This document shows, in pieces, positions 30,795 to 41,209 of a stretch of DNA of 64,000 nucleotides. Every line of letters starts with the position of its first letter. The first letter of the stretch is position 1. The stretch is taken from assembly GCA_963729625.1 (NCBI GenBank), contig CAVSOU010000007.1:320001-384000 (forward strand), in the 5' to 3' direction. The DNA is from an uncultured bacterium (GTDB taxonomy: Bacteria; Chloroflexota; UBA5177; JANWHV01). Below the pieces are notes generated by a model. It was given only the letters and a program-made list of their open reading frames with translations, did not search any database and was not told the origin of the DNA. The translations under genes were made by a program, and so were the position numbers.

Positions 30795-31049
30795 CTACGC
30801 CGATTCAGCCGCAAGATTCTCTTCGAGCACGCCCATCTCCCGGAACAGGGCAAGCGTTTCCTGAGCGGACTGTTCGTCGAGCCTCGTGATGGCGAAGCCA
30901 ACATGAACGATCGTGTAGTCACCGATCTCGGCCTCTGGCACGTAGGCCAAACATATGTCCTTCACAATGCCGCCAAAGTCGGCGCGTCCCATGCGCACGC
31001 CATTTTCCTCATGAATCTCAATGATCTGTCCCGGAATCCCAAGGCACAT
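30795..31049 (-). CDS. hypC: Hydrogenase chaperone HypC
   Basis: MCLGIPG and VHVGFAI. Confidence 0.97.
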   Translation of the reverse strand: MCLGIPGQIIEIHEENGVRMGRADFGGIVKDICLAYVPEAEIGDYTIVHVGFAITRLDEQSAQETLALFREMGVLEENLAAESA

Positions 31050-31124
31050 GCCGGCCGCCTCTCGTATCTGTGGTCATACCAAAAGTCTGAGTTTCCCAAC
31101 CCTTCGGGGCTGCACGCCTCCCTG

Positions 31125-33506
31125 CTAGTCTACTGCACGACGGCTTCCGACAATTGCCTGGCCCAGCGCGAGCCCGCCGTCGTTAGGCGGCACGACTCGA
31201 TGCGTCAACACGGTGAACCCGCTGGTCGTGCACGCCTGCACGGCATCGGACAGCAAATGGACGTTCTGAAACACGCCGCCGCTGAGCGCAACCGTACTCA
31301 GGCCTTCGTTGTCGCGGATTTGCTGGCAGATGGCAAGCACTACAGTGGCAACAGCCCGGTGGAACCCTGCCGCGATTACCGCGGGCGGGGTGCGGCGGCG
31401 CAGGTCCGCGACAATTGCCGCAAGCACCGGAGCCGGATCGATCAGGGCCGGCGCGGATGAATGCGGCGCGGCCAGAAGACCGAACGCGTAGGCTCCCGCT
31501 GGCCCGTCCGAGGCCTGCCCGCTTCGGTGCTCATCGTCGTACGCGTGCGGACCAGAAGAAAGCAGTGCCTCCATCTCGATCGCCGCCTGAGCCTCGTACG
31601 AGACAGAGTGCTTGATTCCGATCAGGGAAGCCACCGCGTCGAACAAGCGGCCCATACTGCTGCAGGGAACGCAGTTCAAGCCGTTCTCCAGCTGGCGACG
31701 GAGGACCTGGCGCTCCCATGGCCTGGCGGCTTGCACCGGCGCCAGGTCATCATCCCAGGGAATGCCAGCGGACCACAGGTGCGCGAATGCCGCACGATAG
31801 GGGTGCTTCACCGCTCCATCACCGCCCGGCATGGGAACGTACTTCAGGTGCGCAGCGCGACGGAAGTTATCGTAGTCGGCGATCAATACTTCGCCCCCCC
31901 AAATGGCGCCGTCCAGCCCATAGCCGGTGCCATCGAAGCTACAGCCGATCACGGGCCGGCCGCCATCGTGCTGGTGCTCGGCCATCACCGCGGCTATGTG
32001 CGCGTGATGGTGCTGCACACTGACCAGCGGAATGCCTCGCTTCGCCGCTTCGCGTATCGACCACTCGCGCGAGAAGTAACCTGGGTGCATGTCGCAGACA
32101 ATGCGGCCGGGCGCCACGCGAAACAGCAATTGGAGATGTTCGGTGATTTTGCCGAACGCATCAAGCGTCTCCAGGTTCTCCATGTCGCCGATATGCTGGC
32201 TCAAGATCGCGTGCGTGCCTTCAGCCACACACACCGTGCTCTTCAGCTCGCCTCCCACTGCCAGCAACGGAGGCACCTTGAATGGCAGTCGCACGGGAAA
32301 CGGCGCATAACCCCGCGATCGACGAAATGGCAGCTCGGCGCCCTGGAACACGCGCACGACACTGTCATCGCACGGCACGTGGATGCCACGGTCGTGGAGG
32401 AGCATGGCATCCGCAAGTGGACCCAGCCGCGCCCGGGCGCCTTCGTTGTCGATCTCGATCGGGGTGCCGCTCAGATTGCCGGACGTCATCACCAGGGGAG
32501 TTTCGCCGACCAGCAAGTAGTGCAGAGGCGTGTACGGCAGCATAATCCCGACGGTGTCGTTGCCTGGGGACACTGAGGCCGCCAACCTGTGACCCAATTT
32601 CGAGACGATGACGACTGGGCGTTCTGGGCTCTCCAGCCGGGCGGCCTCGCAGCCATCTATCGCAGCGATCGTGCGAGCATGGTCCAGATCGCGCGCCATA
32701 ATTGCGAACGGTTTGCCCTCGCGGCCTTTTCGCAGTCGAAGGCGCGCCACGACGTCCTCATTGGTTGCGTCGCACGCCAGGTGAAAACCACCCAAGCCCT
32801 TGACGGCAACGATCGATCCCGCCGCCAGCGCTAGCCTGGCCGCAGCCAGGACTGTGTCGGCTTCACCGATCGTCGTGTCTCCGCTGCGCCACTCCAACCA
32901 CACCCGCGGGCCGCAGCGTGGGCAAGCGATCGGCTGGGCGTGATAGCGGCGATTGGTGGGATCACGATACTCTCGCGCGCAATCGACGCACATGGAAAAG
33001 CTGGACATCGTGGTGCGCGGCCGATCGTAGGGGATGTCCCGGATGATTGTGAATCGCGGACCACAATTCGTGCAGTTGATGAAGGGATAGTGGTAGCGAC
33101 GATCCGCGGGGTCGAAGAGCTCTCGAAGGCAATCGCCACACGTGAACAGATCGGCGGAGATCAGCGTCCGCGCGTTCTCTTGCTCTTCTGAGGCTACGAT
33201 CACGAAATCGCCGCTGCCCTGCACGGGCATCGTGCGAGTCTCCACGCCTTCAATGTGCGCCAGGGGCGGTGTATCGGCGACGAGACCAGCCAGAAAGGCA
33301 TCCAGGTTGGCTGCGGATCCCTCGACTTCGACGAATACGCCGTCGCTGTCGTTGCCCACGAATCCGGCAAGCGAAAATCGATGCGCCAGCCCATAGACAA
33401 ACGGCCTGAAGCCGACGCCTTGCACAATGCCGCGCACCCTCAGCCGTCGACGGGTAGTCGGGGCCGTGATCGCATGGCCATCAGGTCGGTTTGTCTCAGG
33501 GATCAT
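31125..33506 (-). CDS. hypF: Carbamoyltransferase HypF
   Basis: GIVQGVGFRP, zinc fingers CTNCGPR and ACPRCGP, QHHHAH and PNDGG. Confidence 0.97.
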   Translation of the reverse strand: MIPETNRPDGHAITAPTTRRRLRVRGIVQGVGFRPFVYGLAHRFSLAGFVGNDSDGVFVEVEGSAANLDAFLAGLVADTPPLAHIEGVETRTMPVQGSGDFVIVASEEQENARTLISADLFTCGDCLRELFDPADRRYHYPFINCTNCGPRFTIIRDIPYDRPRTTMSSFSMCVDCAREYRDPTNRRYHAQPIACPRCGPRVWLEWRSGDTTIGEADTVLAAARLALAAGSIVAVKGLGGFHLACDATNEDVVARLRLRKGREGKPFAIMARDLDHARTIAAIDGCEAARLESPERPVVIVSKLGHRLAASVSPGNDTVGIMLPYTPLHYLLVGETPLVMTSGNLSGTPIEIDNEGARARLGPLADAMLLHDRGIHVPCDDSVVRVFQGAELPFRRSRGYAPFPVRLPFKVPPLLAVGGELKSTVCVAEGTHAILSQHIGDMENLETLDAFGKITEHLQLLFRVAPGRIVCDMHPGYFSREWSIREAAKRGIPLVSVQHHHAHIAAVMAEHQHDGGRPVIGCSFDGTGYGLDGAIWGGEVLIADYDNFRRAAHLKYVPMPGGDGAVKHPYRAAFAHLWSAGIPWDDDLAPVQAARPWERQVLRRQLENGLNCVPCSSMGRLFDAVASLIGIKHSVSYEAQAAIEMEALLSSGPHAYDDEHRSGQASDGPAGAYAFGLLAAPHSSAPALIDPAPVLAAIVADLRRRTPPAVIAAGFHRAVATVVLAICQQIRDNEGLSTVALSGGVFQNVHLLSDAVQACTTSGFTVLTHRVVPPNDGGLALGQAIVGSRRAVD

Positions 33507-33605
33507 GGAGGCTGGAAGGCCGCAACTCTCTAGGTACCGGAAGCGCGGATCACGTGATTTAGTGTCCGAGTGGACCGAACCTGGGGAGGCACGGCCTTCT
33601 CTTTC

Positions 33606-33624
33606 AGGTCATTCGGCCCTACCC
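33606..33624. promoter_or_regulatory. DosR-box-like site upstream of hypF
   Basis: AGGTC-ATTC-GGCCC-TACCC; its 15-mer CATTCGGCCCTACCC is identical to the site at 34450. Confidence 0.5.
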
Positions 33625-34043
33625 GCTGGCTTCGCTTTCTCCGCGGGTGGCACAGCTCCCGGGTACTCCGTGCCTGCGAGACCTTGCGGGTAGGGCGCCC
33701 AGTTGGGTGAGAACACGAGCGTGGGCTTGCCCGCCCGCACTGCCTCGCGGATGGTATACATGGTTCGCGGTGAACCGCCGGAACGAAAAACGACAACGCG
33801 ATCGGCACGCTCAACCATCTCGCAGCTTCGGGAGTAGTACGCGCGCGTCCCGCTGGTCCAGTCCGGTGGTGTGCGTTCAACCTGGAGGCCGCGTCGCTCG
33901 GCTGCTCGGCCGGCGCGCTGGTCTACGCCACGCGCATCGCACCCAATCAGAATAGTGTCAGCCGGTAACGAGGCCACATACTCTTCCACATGGTCCATGT
34001 TCGGATAATCGCCAGTCCCGCAAATCAAGATACGTTCGGCCAT
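33609..34043 (-). CDS. SLOG/YspA-like (DUF2493-type) protein
   Basis: ILICGTGDY, DARGVD, PPDW, RSCEMV and SPRTMYTI follow the cpYpsA-like pattern GxRxF..GxAxGAD..PADW..RNxxM..SxGTxxxI. Confidence 0.7.
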   Translation of the reverse strand: MAERILICGTGDYPNMDHVEEYVASLPADTILIGCDARGVDQRAGRAAERRGLQVERTPPDWTSGTRAYYSRSCEMVERADRVVVFRSGGSPRTMYTIREAVRAGKPTLVFSPNWAPYPQGLAGTEYPGAVPPAEKAKPAGRAE

Positions 34044-34445
34044 GCTGTTCTGCTCTCCTAAATCTTCTCCACATGATTGGCTCGCAACTACGTCTGGCGC
34101 CGCGGTGCGAATGAAGAGTCACGCGGCCCTCTCGTAAACTGCGTGACCTCCGGTCCTGCCGGCACGCCAAGGAGATCGGCTTCCTGCCACCGAGATGATA
34201 CCAGGTCCCTGAAGGGAGCACGTCGGCTGGGGCACCAAGTGTGGAGTGTGCCATCGCCTCCAAGTTGACGGCTGAACAGTCCGCCCGGATTCCGCGATCC
34301 AGCGGCAGCCCTCGCTCCTGCCGCCGTGGCGATGCCCGGGCTGCTTCGCGTGAACGGCAGGTGACAAGTCCGCGCAATCGGTCGATGGGCTTGTCGCAAC
34401 CGCCAATCGGTGAACACGCTGGGTGACGTGGACCAGCTATTTTTC

Positions 34446-34464
34446 GGGCCATTCGGCCCTACCC
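34446..34464. promoter_or_regulatory. DosR-box-like palindrome upstream of hdrC
   Basis: GGGCC-ATTC-GGCCC-TACCC. Confidence 0.55.
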
Positions 34465-34679
34465 CAGGATCGCGGTGTGGTGTATTCCGATGCCAGAGGT
34501 ACTGTGTCCTGAGCGCAAGGGCACGGTCAGTCCGGCTAAGGCTGCCCGGCGCAAAGCGCGGCTACCGGTTAGCAACTGGAGGGGAGGACTTCTGTTTTAG
34601 CCGGTTTCGCGGCTATGGAATCACCTGGGTTCTGGGTAGACCATATCGTTGAGCTCTCCTTTTCCGAGGAAGCAGAGTC

Positions 34680-35300
34680 ATGAACTATTCGCACGTAGCC
34701 AAGCATCAGGAAGATCTCGATCTGGATTTTGGACGACAGATAGATTCCCAGATAGGCGGTGAAGACCTCTACCGTTGCATTCAGTGCGGCACCTGCAGCG
34801 GTATCTGTCCGCTCAGCATCTTCATGGACCACACACCACGACAGATCATGGCCATGACGCGCGCGGGCTTCAAGGACGATGTCTTGTCCAGCAACACGCC
34901 CTGGCTATGCGCGTCGTGCTATGCGTGCACGGTCGAGTGCCCAAAAGAGATCAAGATCACTGACGTGATGTACGCAATAAAACGCGAGGCAATCCGTCGG
35001 AAGGTCTACCCCAAGCGCTTTCCGGTTCCCGTGCTGGCAAAGGAATTCTTTCAGTCCGTGCGAGACACCGGCCGCAGCAATGAGGGGCTTATCGTCACCA
35101 AGATGTTCTTGAAGACCGACCCCCGTAAGCTCGTTGGCAATGCCTTCCTCGGCCTTCGCCTGCTGAGGCACGGGCGGATGGCGCTGCGTAAAGAATCGAT
35201 GGCCAAAGAGGGAATTCGGGAGCTCCAAGCCATTCTGGCGGCTGTCGAGCCCGTGGATGTCGAGGCTGGTGAGACCCAGCCCACAGCAGCAGGACACTGA
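34680..35300 (+). CDS. hdrC: Heterodisulfide reductase subunit C
   Basis: CIQCGTCSGICP and WLCASCYACTVECP. Confidence 0.93.
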   Translation: MNYSHVAKHQEDLDLDFGRQIDSQIGGEDLYRCIQCGTCSGICPLSIFMDHTPRQIMAMTRAGFKDDVLSSNTPWLCASCYACTVECPKEIKITDVMYAIKREAIRRKVYPKRFPVPVLAKEFFQSVRDTGRSNEGLIVTKMFLKTDPRKLVGNAFLGLRLLRHGRMALRKESMAKEGIRELQAILAAVEPVDVEAGETQPTAAGH

Positions 35301-35302
35301 CT

Positions 35303-36178
35303 ATGAAATACCTCTACTTCCCCGGCTGCTCGCTCAAGAGTTCCGGCAAACCGTACGAGGAATCCGTATTGGCGGTCTTTGCCAGGCTTGGTGTGGAAAT
35401 GCCTGAATTGCCTGGTTGGAACTGCTGCGGCGCCACGTACTACATGGGCGTGGATGAGGTCAAGGGCCTGGCGTTGGCGGCACGCAACTTGTGCCTGGCT
35501 GAACAGATCGATGGCCAGGAGGGAGCGCATCTGGTCACGCCGTGCAGCGCCTGTTACCTGGCACATACCAAGGCACAGCACTACATGCAGACCTATGGCA
35601 AGGTGGGACAAACGATCCAGCAGGGGCTCGCCGCCGTGGGCATGAAGTATGGCGGGCGGGTCGAAGTGCGTCATCCGCTCGATGTCCTGGTCAATGACAT
35701 TGGTCTCGATCGGATCAGGGAGAAGGTTACCCAGCCGCTCAAGGGTTTGAAGGTCGCCTGCTATTACGGCTGTCAGGTCGTGCGTCCCTACGCTACGTTC
35801 GATGACAGGCGCGATCCGGTGACGATGGACCAGATCCTCCGTACGGCGGGTGCCGACACGGTCGACTGGCCGCTCAAGGTCCGCTGTTGCGGCGCTTCTC
35901 TGACCGGTACCGTCGAAGCGGCAGGTCAGTCGCTTGCGCAGGTACTGCTCAGCGAGGCTCTGAAGCAAGGCGCCAACGCAATCGCCACCGCTTGTCCCCT
36001 GTGCCAGTTCAATCTCGAATGCTACCAGGACCAGATCAAACGTCGCTTTGGCAAGCCCGTCGAAATCCCTGTGGCCTACTTCACGCAGATCCTCGGCCGC
36101 GCCTTGGGGATTTCCGACAAGCAACTAGGCCTTCAACGCTTGTTCGTCCCTATGCTGCCGCAGGCTGCCAGCGTGTAA
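35303..36178 (+). CDS. hdrB: Heterodisulfide reductase subunit B
   Basis: Two CCG domains: FPGC/NCCG/CSAC and YYGC/RCCG/CPLC. Confidence 0.94.
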   Translation: MKYLYFPGCSLKSSGKPYEESVLAVFARLGVEMPELPGWNCCGATYYMGVDEVKGLALAARNLCLAEQIDGQEGAHLVTPCSACYLAHTKAQHYMQTYGKVGQTIQQGLAAVGMKYGGRVEVRHPLDVLVNDIGLDRIREKVTQPLKGLKVACYYGCQVVRPYATFDDRRDPVTMDQILRTAGADTVDWPLKVRCCGASLTGTVEAAGQSLAQVLLSEALKQGANAIATACPLCQFNLECYQDQIKRRFGKPVEIPVAYFTQILGRALGISDKQLGLQRLFVPMLPQAASV

Positions 36179-36190
36179 GGAGCCGCCTCA

Positions 36191-38185
36191 ATGATCAGGC
36201 TAGTGAACCAAGAGCCCCGCATCGGCGTCTACGTCTGCCACTGCGGTATGAACATCGCTTCCAAGGTGGACGTAGCGGCTGTTGCGGAGTCTGCCGGATC
36301 CCTTCGCCATGTCGTCATCTCGCGGACCAATAAGTTCATGTGCTCTGACCCCGGCCAGGAGGTGATCGAGAAGGACATCAAGGAGCTCAAGCTCACCGGT
36401 GTGGTGGTGGCCTCGTGCTCGCCGCTGCTCCATGAGCCCACCTTTCGGCGCGCCTGCACCAAGGCCGGTCTCAACCCATTTCAGCTGCAGATGGCGAACA
36501 TTCGTGAGCACGTGAGCTGGGTTACCGCCGATCGTGGCGCGGCGACCGCCAAAGCGCGTGCGCTGGTCAGCGCGGCCGTGCGGCGCGTGGCGCATCACGT
36601 TCCGCTGGAAAAGCAGCGCATGTCCGTCCATCCCGACATCCTCGTTGTGGGAGGTGGCATCGCAGGTATCCACGCCGCTCTGCTGCTGGCCAATGCCGGA
36701 AAGAAGGTATACCTGGTAGAGCGGGAGCCCACTATCGGCGGGCACATGGCTCAATTCGACAAGACATTCCCCACCCTCGATTGCGCCGCGTGCATTCTCA
36801 CTCCCAAGATGTCTGAGGTGAAGAACCACCCCAACATCACGCTCTGGACGTACTCGGAAGTGGAAGAAGTGTCGGGATTTGCCGGCAACTTCAAGGCGAA
36901 GGTCCTCCGCCGGCCCCGCTACGTCAATGAAGAGCTCTGCGTCGGCTGCAACGAGTGCATTACTGCGTGCGTGTTCAAGCGCGGCCGCGTCGACGATGAG
37001 TTCAACGTTGGTCTTTCCAAACGAAAGCCCGTCTACTCACCATTCGCCCAGGGTGTCCCGAACTGTGTGGTCATTGACCCGGAGTCCTGCCTGAAGCTCA
37101 AGAACGGCAAGTGCGCCCTGACGTGCGTGGATGTGTGCGAGCGCAAGGCCATCGACTTCGACCAGAAACCAGAGCACATCGAGATCGATGTGGGAGCGAT
37201 CATTTTGGCCACCGGGTACAAGCCCTTTGACCCAAGCAGAGTGCTCGAGTATGGCTACGGCAAGTACCCTAACGTGTACACGACGCTGGAGGTCGAGCGG
37301 CTGGTCAATGCCTCAGGTCCCACGTCAGGCGAAGTCGTTCTCCGCGACGGCACCACGCCCAAGAGCGTGGCCATCATCCACTGCGTGGGCTCACGTGACA
37401 GGCGATACCACCTCTACTGCTCCAATGTCTGCTGCATGTCGGCCCTCAAGATGGCCCACTTGATGAAGGAGCGCACTGGGTCCGAGGTCTTCAATTTCTA
37501 CGTGGACATGCGCACCGCCTTCAAGGGCTATGAGGAGTTCTACGACCAGGTACAAACGGAGGGAGTCCAGTTCGTACGTGGGCGCGTCGCCGAAGTCACC
37601 GACTGGGCGACCAGTCCTGGAGAGGAAGGGAAGCTCGTCGTCTGCTGCGAGGACACGCTCATCGGCGTGGCCCGGCGCATCCCGGTCGACATGGTGATTC
37701 TGGCGGTAGGCTTGGAGCCGCAGATTGACACCCAAGAGGTGCAGCGCACGTTCAACATCTCATGTTCGAGGGAAGGGTTCTTCTTGGAGCGCCATCCCAA
37801 GTTGGGTCCGGTCACGACGTTCTCCGATGGGATCTTCCTTGCCGGCGCCTGCCAGGGACCCAAAGACATCCCTGAGTCGGTCGCCCAGGCCGGCGCGGCC
37901 GCGGCCGAGGCTCTGTGCCTTACCGACAAGGGCTATATCGAGCTCGAGCCGAATACCGCCTGGATTGACGAGTCTTTCTGCAGCGGTTGCCGAACGTGCA
38001 TCCCCCTGTGTCCATTCCAGGCTATCGTGCGCGACAACGCAAAAGGTGTCGCCGTCATTAACCAGGCCCTGTGCAAGGGCTGTGGAACGTGCGTGGCGGC
38101 CTGTCCCTCTGGCGCTGCCCAGCAGAACCTATTTACGGACGAGCAGATCTACGAGGAGATCGAAGGGGTGCTGGCGTATGTCTGA
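36191..38185 (+). CDS. hdrA: Heterodisulfide reductase subunit A
   Basis: VYVCHCG, GGGIAG, DKTFPTLDC, CVGSRD..YCSNVCC, and inserted plus C-terminal ferredoxin motifs. Confidence 0.95.
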   Translation: MIRLVNQEPRIGVYVCHCGMNIASKVDVAAVAESAGSLRHVVISRTNKFMCSDPGQEVIEKDIKELKLTGVVVASCSPLLHEPTFRRACTKAGLNPFQLQMANIREHVSWVTADRGAATAKARALVSAAVRRVAHHVPLEKQRMSVHPDILVVGGGIAGIHAALLLANAGKKVYLVEREPTIGGHMAQFDKTFPTLDCAACILTPKMSEVKNHPNITLWTYSEVEEVSGFAGNFKAKVLRRPRYVNEELCVGCNECITACVFKRGRVDDEFNVGLSKRKPVYSPFAQGVPNCVVIDPESCLKLKNGKCALTCVDVCERKAIDFDQKPEHIEIDVGAIILATGYKPFDPSRVLEYGYGKYPNVYTTLEVERLVNASGPTSGEVVLRDGTTPKSVAIIHCVGSRDRRYHLYCSNVCCMSALKMAHLMKERTGSEVFNFYVDMRTAFKGYEEFYDQVQTEGVQFVRGRVAEVTDWATSPGEEGKLVVCCEDTLIGVARRIPVDMVILAVGLEPQIDTQEVQRTFNISCSREGFFLERHPKLGPVTTFSDGIFLAGACQGPKDIPESVAQAGAAAAEALCLTDKGYIELEPNTAWIDESFCSGCRTCIPLCPFQAIVRDNAKGVAVINQALCKGCGTCVAACPSGAAQQNLFTDEQIYEEIEGVLAYV

Positions 38186-38696
38186 GCGTATTGACCTTCC
38201 TGTCGTGCAGACCTTCGAGCCGAACATCGTGGCCTTCTTCTGCAACTGGTGCACGTACACCGCCAGCGACCTCGCGGGGACGTCACGCCTCACGTATGCG
38301 CCGAACACGTACGTGATTCGCATGATGTGCTGCGGTCGCCTGGATCCGGAATTCGTCTTTGCCGCCCTGCGCCAGGGAGCCGATGGCGTGCTCATCGGCG
38401 GCTGCCATCCCGGTGACTGCCATTACCGCGAGGGGAACTACAAATGCCTCCGGCGCTTCAGGCTGATCCGCCGCTATCTGGCCCAGATGGGCATCGAAGA
38501 TGAGCGTGTCAGGCTTGCCTGGATCGCGGCATCCGAGGGCGACCGCGTGCAGAAGGTGACCAACGAGATGGTCGCCCAGATTAAGCGGCTCGGCCCGCTG
38601 AAGCTGACGAGAATGCCAAAGGTACAAGACTGCGCGCAACCTCAGGTGTCCGAGCAAGCAGTTGCAGATGCCGAAGCTGTAGGAGTCAGCACATGA
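38178..38696 (+). CDS. mvhD: MvhD [2Fe-2S] subunit
   Basis: FCNWCTY, CCGR and GCHPGDCHY. ATG 38178 overlaps the hdrA end. Confidence 0.93.
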   Translation: MSERIDLPVVQTFEPNIVAFFCNWCTYTASDLAGTSRLTYAPNTYVIRMMCCGRLDPEFVFAALRQGADGVLIGGCHPGDCHYREGNYKCLRRFRLIRRYLAQMGIEDERVRLAWIAASEGDRVQKVTNEMVAQIKRLGPLKLTRMPKVQDCAQPQVSEQAVADAEAVGVST

Positions 38697-39670
38697 GCAA
38701 ACCTAAAGTCGGTTTCTACTGGTGCGCTTCGTGCGGCGGCTGCGAGGAGTCAGTTGTCGACCTCGCAGAGGGACTGCTCGACGTCGTCGCAGCAGTGGAT
38801 TTCGTGTTCTTTCCCGTGGCCATGGATTTCAAACGCTCCGATGTCGACGCCATGGCCGACGGAGAGATGGCAGTGTGCTTTGTCAACGGCGCCGTCCGCA
38901 CCTCGGAGCAGCGCGAAATGGCGCACCTGCTGCGCCAGAAGTCCCAGATTCTGATCGCCTATGGCGCCTGCTCCTACCAGGGTGGGGTCCCCGGTCTGTC
39001 GAACCAATTTGACCCCGAGTCCCTCTTTCAGTATGTCTACCAGGATTCTCCCAGTACGGTGAACGCCGAAGGCACCCGCCCGATGGCGCTCGCGGTGTGC
39101 CCAGAAGGGGATCTGGAACTGCCGACAATCGATGACCAAGTCAAAGCGCTGGATCAGGTGGTCCTCGTCGACTACTACGTTCCCGGTTGCGCTCCGCCCG
39201 TCAAATTGCTCAAGGGTGCTCTCACCGCTATTCTGGAGGGCAATCTGCCGCCAAAGGGTTCGGTGCTCGCTCCCGACACAGCCCTGTGTGATGGGTGCCC
39301 TCGGAGTGCCAGCAAGCCTGACAAGCCGCTCGTCGATCGGTTCCGGCGACCACAATCGAGCCTCATCGATCCTGAGAAATGTCTCCTGGCGCAGGGTTTC
39401 CTATGTCTCGGGGTCGCTACGCGTGCCGGCTGCGACTGGGCCTGCATCAACGCCAACATGCCGTGCACCGGCTGCCTCGGCCCGGTCTCTCGTACGCACG
39501 ACTTTGGCGCCGCCGCCATGTCGGCCCTGGCTTCGCTCGTCAACTCGAACGAGGAGGCCTCGATCGAATCGGCCCTTGACGCCATCCCCGACCCCGTTGG
39601 CACGTTCTATCGTTATGGCCTGCCGGCTTCCATGCTTTTTGCCAAGGCCGGCACCAGCGCTCGGACCTGA
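38693..39670 (+). CDS. mvhG: Group 3c [NiFe] hydrogenase small subunit
   Basis: CASCGGC, YGAC, PGCAP, CLG..TRAGC and PCTGCLG. Confidence 0.92.
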   Translation: MSKPKVGFYWCASCGGCEESVVDLAEGLLDVVAAVDFVFFPVAMDFKRSDVDAMADGEMAVCFVNGAVRTSEQREMAHLLRQKSQILIAYGACSYQGGVPGLSNQFDPESLFQYVYQDSPSTVNAEGTRPMALAVCPEGDLELPTIDDQVKALDQVVLVDYYVPGCAPPVKLLKGALTAILEGNLPPKGSVLAPDTALCDGCPRSASKPDKPLVDRFRRPQSSLIDPEKCLLAQGFLCLGVATRAGCDWACINANMPCTGCLGPVSRTHDFGAAAMSALASLVNSNEEASIESALDAIPDPVGTFYRYGLPASMLFAKAGTSART

Positions 39671-39679
39671 GGTTTAGCG

Positions 39680-41140
39680 ATGATGCGACAGATCACCATC
39701 GATCCGATTACCCGCCTGGAAGGGCACGGTCGGATTGACGTTATGCTCGATGAGCAGGGCGAGGTCCAGAGGGCCTACCTGCGGATTCCAGAACTGCGCG
39801 GCTTCGAGAAATTCGCCCAGGGCCGGCCTGCGGAAGAGATGCCGCAGATTACCTCTCGCATCTGTGGTGTTTGTCCGATGGCGCACCATATGGCGGCTAC
39901 GAAAGCGCTCGACGATCTCTATCACGTCGAGCCCACGCCAGCCGCTCGCACGATCCGAGAATTGGCCTATAACTCCTTCGTTTTCGAGGATCACGCGCTG
40001 CACTTCTACCTGCTGGGCGGGCCCGATTTTATCGTCGGCCCGGACGCTCCCAAGGCCGACCGCAACATACTGGGCGTAATAGCCAAGGTTGGGGTCGAAG
40101 TCGGCAAGCAGGTCATCGCCATGCGCCGAGAGGTCCGCGACCTCATCTCGCTCCTCAGCGGCAAAGTGATCCACCCCGTGTTCGGTCTGCCAGGCGGTGT
40201 GTCTCGAGCAGTGTCAGCCGACGAGCAACAGCAGGCGATCGCTGTCGCTCGCAAGGCCGTCGAGTTCGGCGAGTTCACGCTCGGCATCTTCAACGACGTG
40301 GTGCTCAAGAACAAGCAATACGTAGATATGATCGCCTCCGCCGGCTACACACACAAGACGTACTACATGGGCCTGGTCGACGAGAACAACAAGGTGAACT
40401 TTTACGACGGCATGCTCCGCGTCGTGACACCCGAAGGTAAGGAGTTCCTCAAGTTCCACACTCGCGACTACCTCAAGCACATCGCCGAGCACGTGGAGCC
40501 GTGGAGCTACGTCAAGTTTTGCTACCTCAAGGACGTCGGCTGGCACGGGTTCGAAGAGGGCGCCGACAGCGGCGTCTATGCCGTGGCTCCCCTGGCCCGG
40601 CTCAATGCCTCAGACGGCATGTCCACGCCCAAGGCGCAGGCGGCCTACGAGCAGTTCTTCGAGACGCTTGGCGGCAAGCCTGTCCACTACACGCTTGCCA
40701 ATCACTGGGCGCGCGTCATCGAGCTGCTCAGCGCCGCGGAAATGATGGTCGAGTCTGCCAAGTCTCCGCTGCTGATTGACCCTAACATCCGCAACATACC
40801 GACGGCAACACCAACCGAAGGCATCGGCGTCGTCGAAGCCCCGCGCGGCACGCTATTCCACCACTTCACTACCGACGAGCGAGGCATAATCCGGACCGCC
40901 AACCTGATCGTCGCTACCCAGAACAATGCCGCGCGCATCGGCATGTCCGTCGACCGCGCCGCCAAGACCCTTATTCATAAAGGCAAGGCGGATGATGGTC
41001 TGCTGAACATGATCGAAATGGCCTTCCGCGCTTACGATCCCTGCAACGGCTGCGCCACGCATTCGTTACCCGGCGAAATGCCGCTGCTCGTCTCGATCTA
41101 TGATAGCCGGCATCAGCTGGTCGAAGAGGTTCGTCGCTGA
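39680..41140 (+). CDS. mvhA: Group 3c [NiFe] hydrogenase large subunit
   Basis: TRLEGH, L1 RICGVC, EAPRG, L2 DPCNGCATH plus a cleavable tail; hdr/mvhD context. Confidence 0.93.
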   Translation: MMRQITIDPITRLEGHGRIDVMLDEQGEVQRAYLRIPELRGFEKFAQGRPAEEMPQITSRICGVCPMAHHMAATKALDDLYHVEPTPAARTIRELAYNSFVFEDHALHFYLLGGPDFIVGPDAPKADRNILGVIAKVGVEVGKQVIAMRREVRDLISLLSGKVIHPVFGLPGGVSRAVSADEQQQAIAVARKAVEFGEFTLGIFNDVVLKNKQYVDMIASAGYTHKTYYMGLVDENNKVNFYDGMLRVVTPEGKEFLKFHTRDYLKHIAEHVEPWSYVKFCYLKDVGWHGFEEGADSGVYAVAPLARLNASDGMSTPKAQAAYEQFFETLGGKPVHYTLANHWARVIELLSAAEMMVESAKSPLLIDPNIRNIPTATPTEGIGVVEAPRGTLFHHFTTDERGIIRTANLIVATQNNAARIGMSVDRAAKTLIHKGKADDGLLNMIEMAFRAYDPCNGCATHSLPGEMPLLVSIYDSRHQLVEEVRR

Positions 41141-41147
41141 CAGTTTT

Positions 41148-41180
41148 CACGGCCAGGAGCGCTCGCCGTTCCTGGCCGTG
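41148..41180 (+). other. Stem-loop after mvhA (mRNA stability or attenuation)
   Basis: CACGGCCAGGA...TCCTGGCCGTG 11-bp perfect stem with no U-tract. Confidence 0.4.
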
Positions 41181-41209
41181 TCGCGCGCTATGACAAGGAA
41201 TGGTTCTAG

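Noticed and set aside
34500-34620. GGCGCAAAGC segment suggesting a c-di-GMP-I riboswitch before hdrC
   Set aside because: Upstream GGCAAA/GNRA stem and receptor elements are not identifiable.
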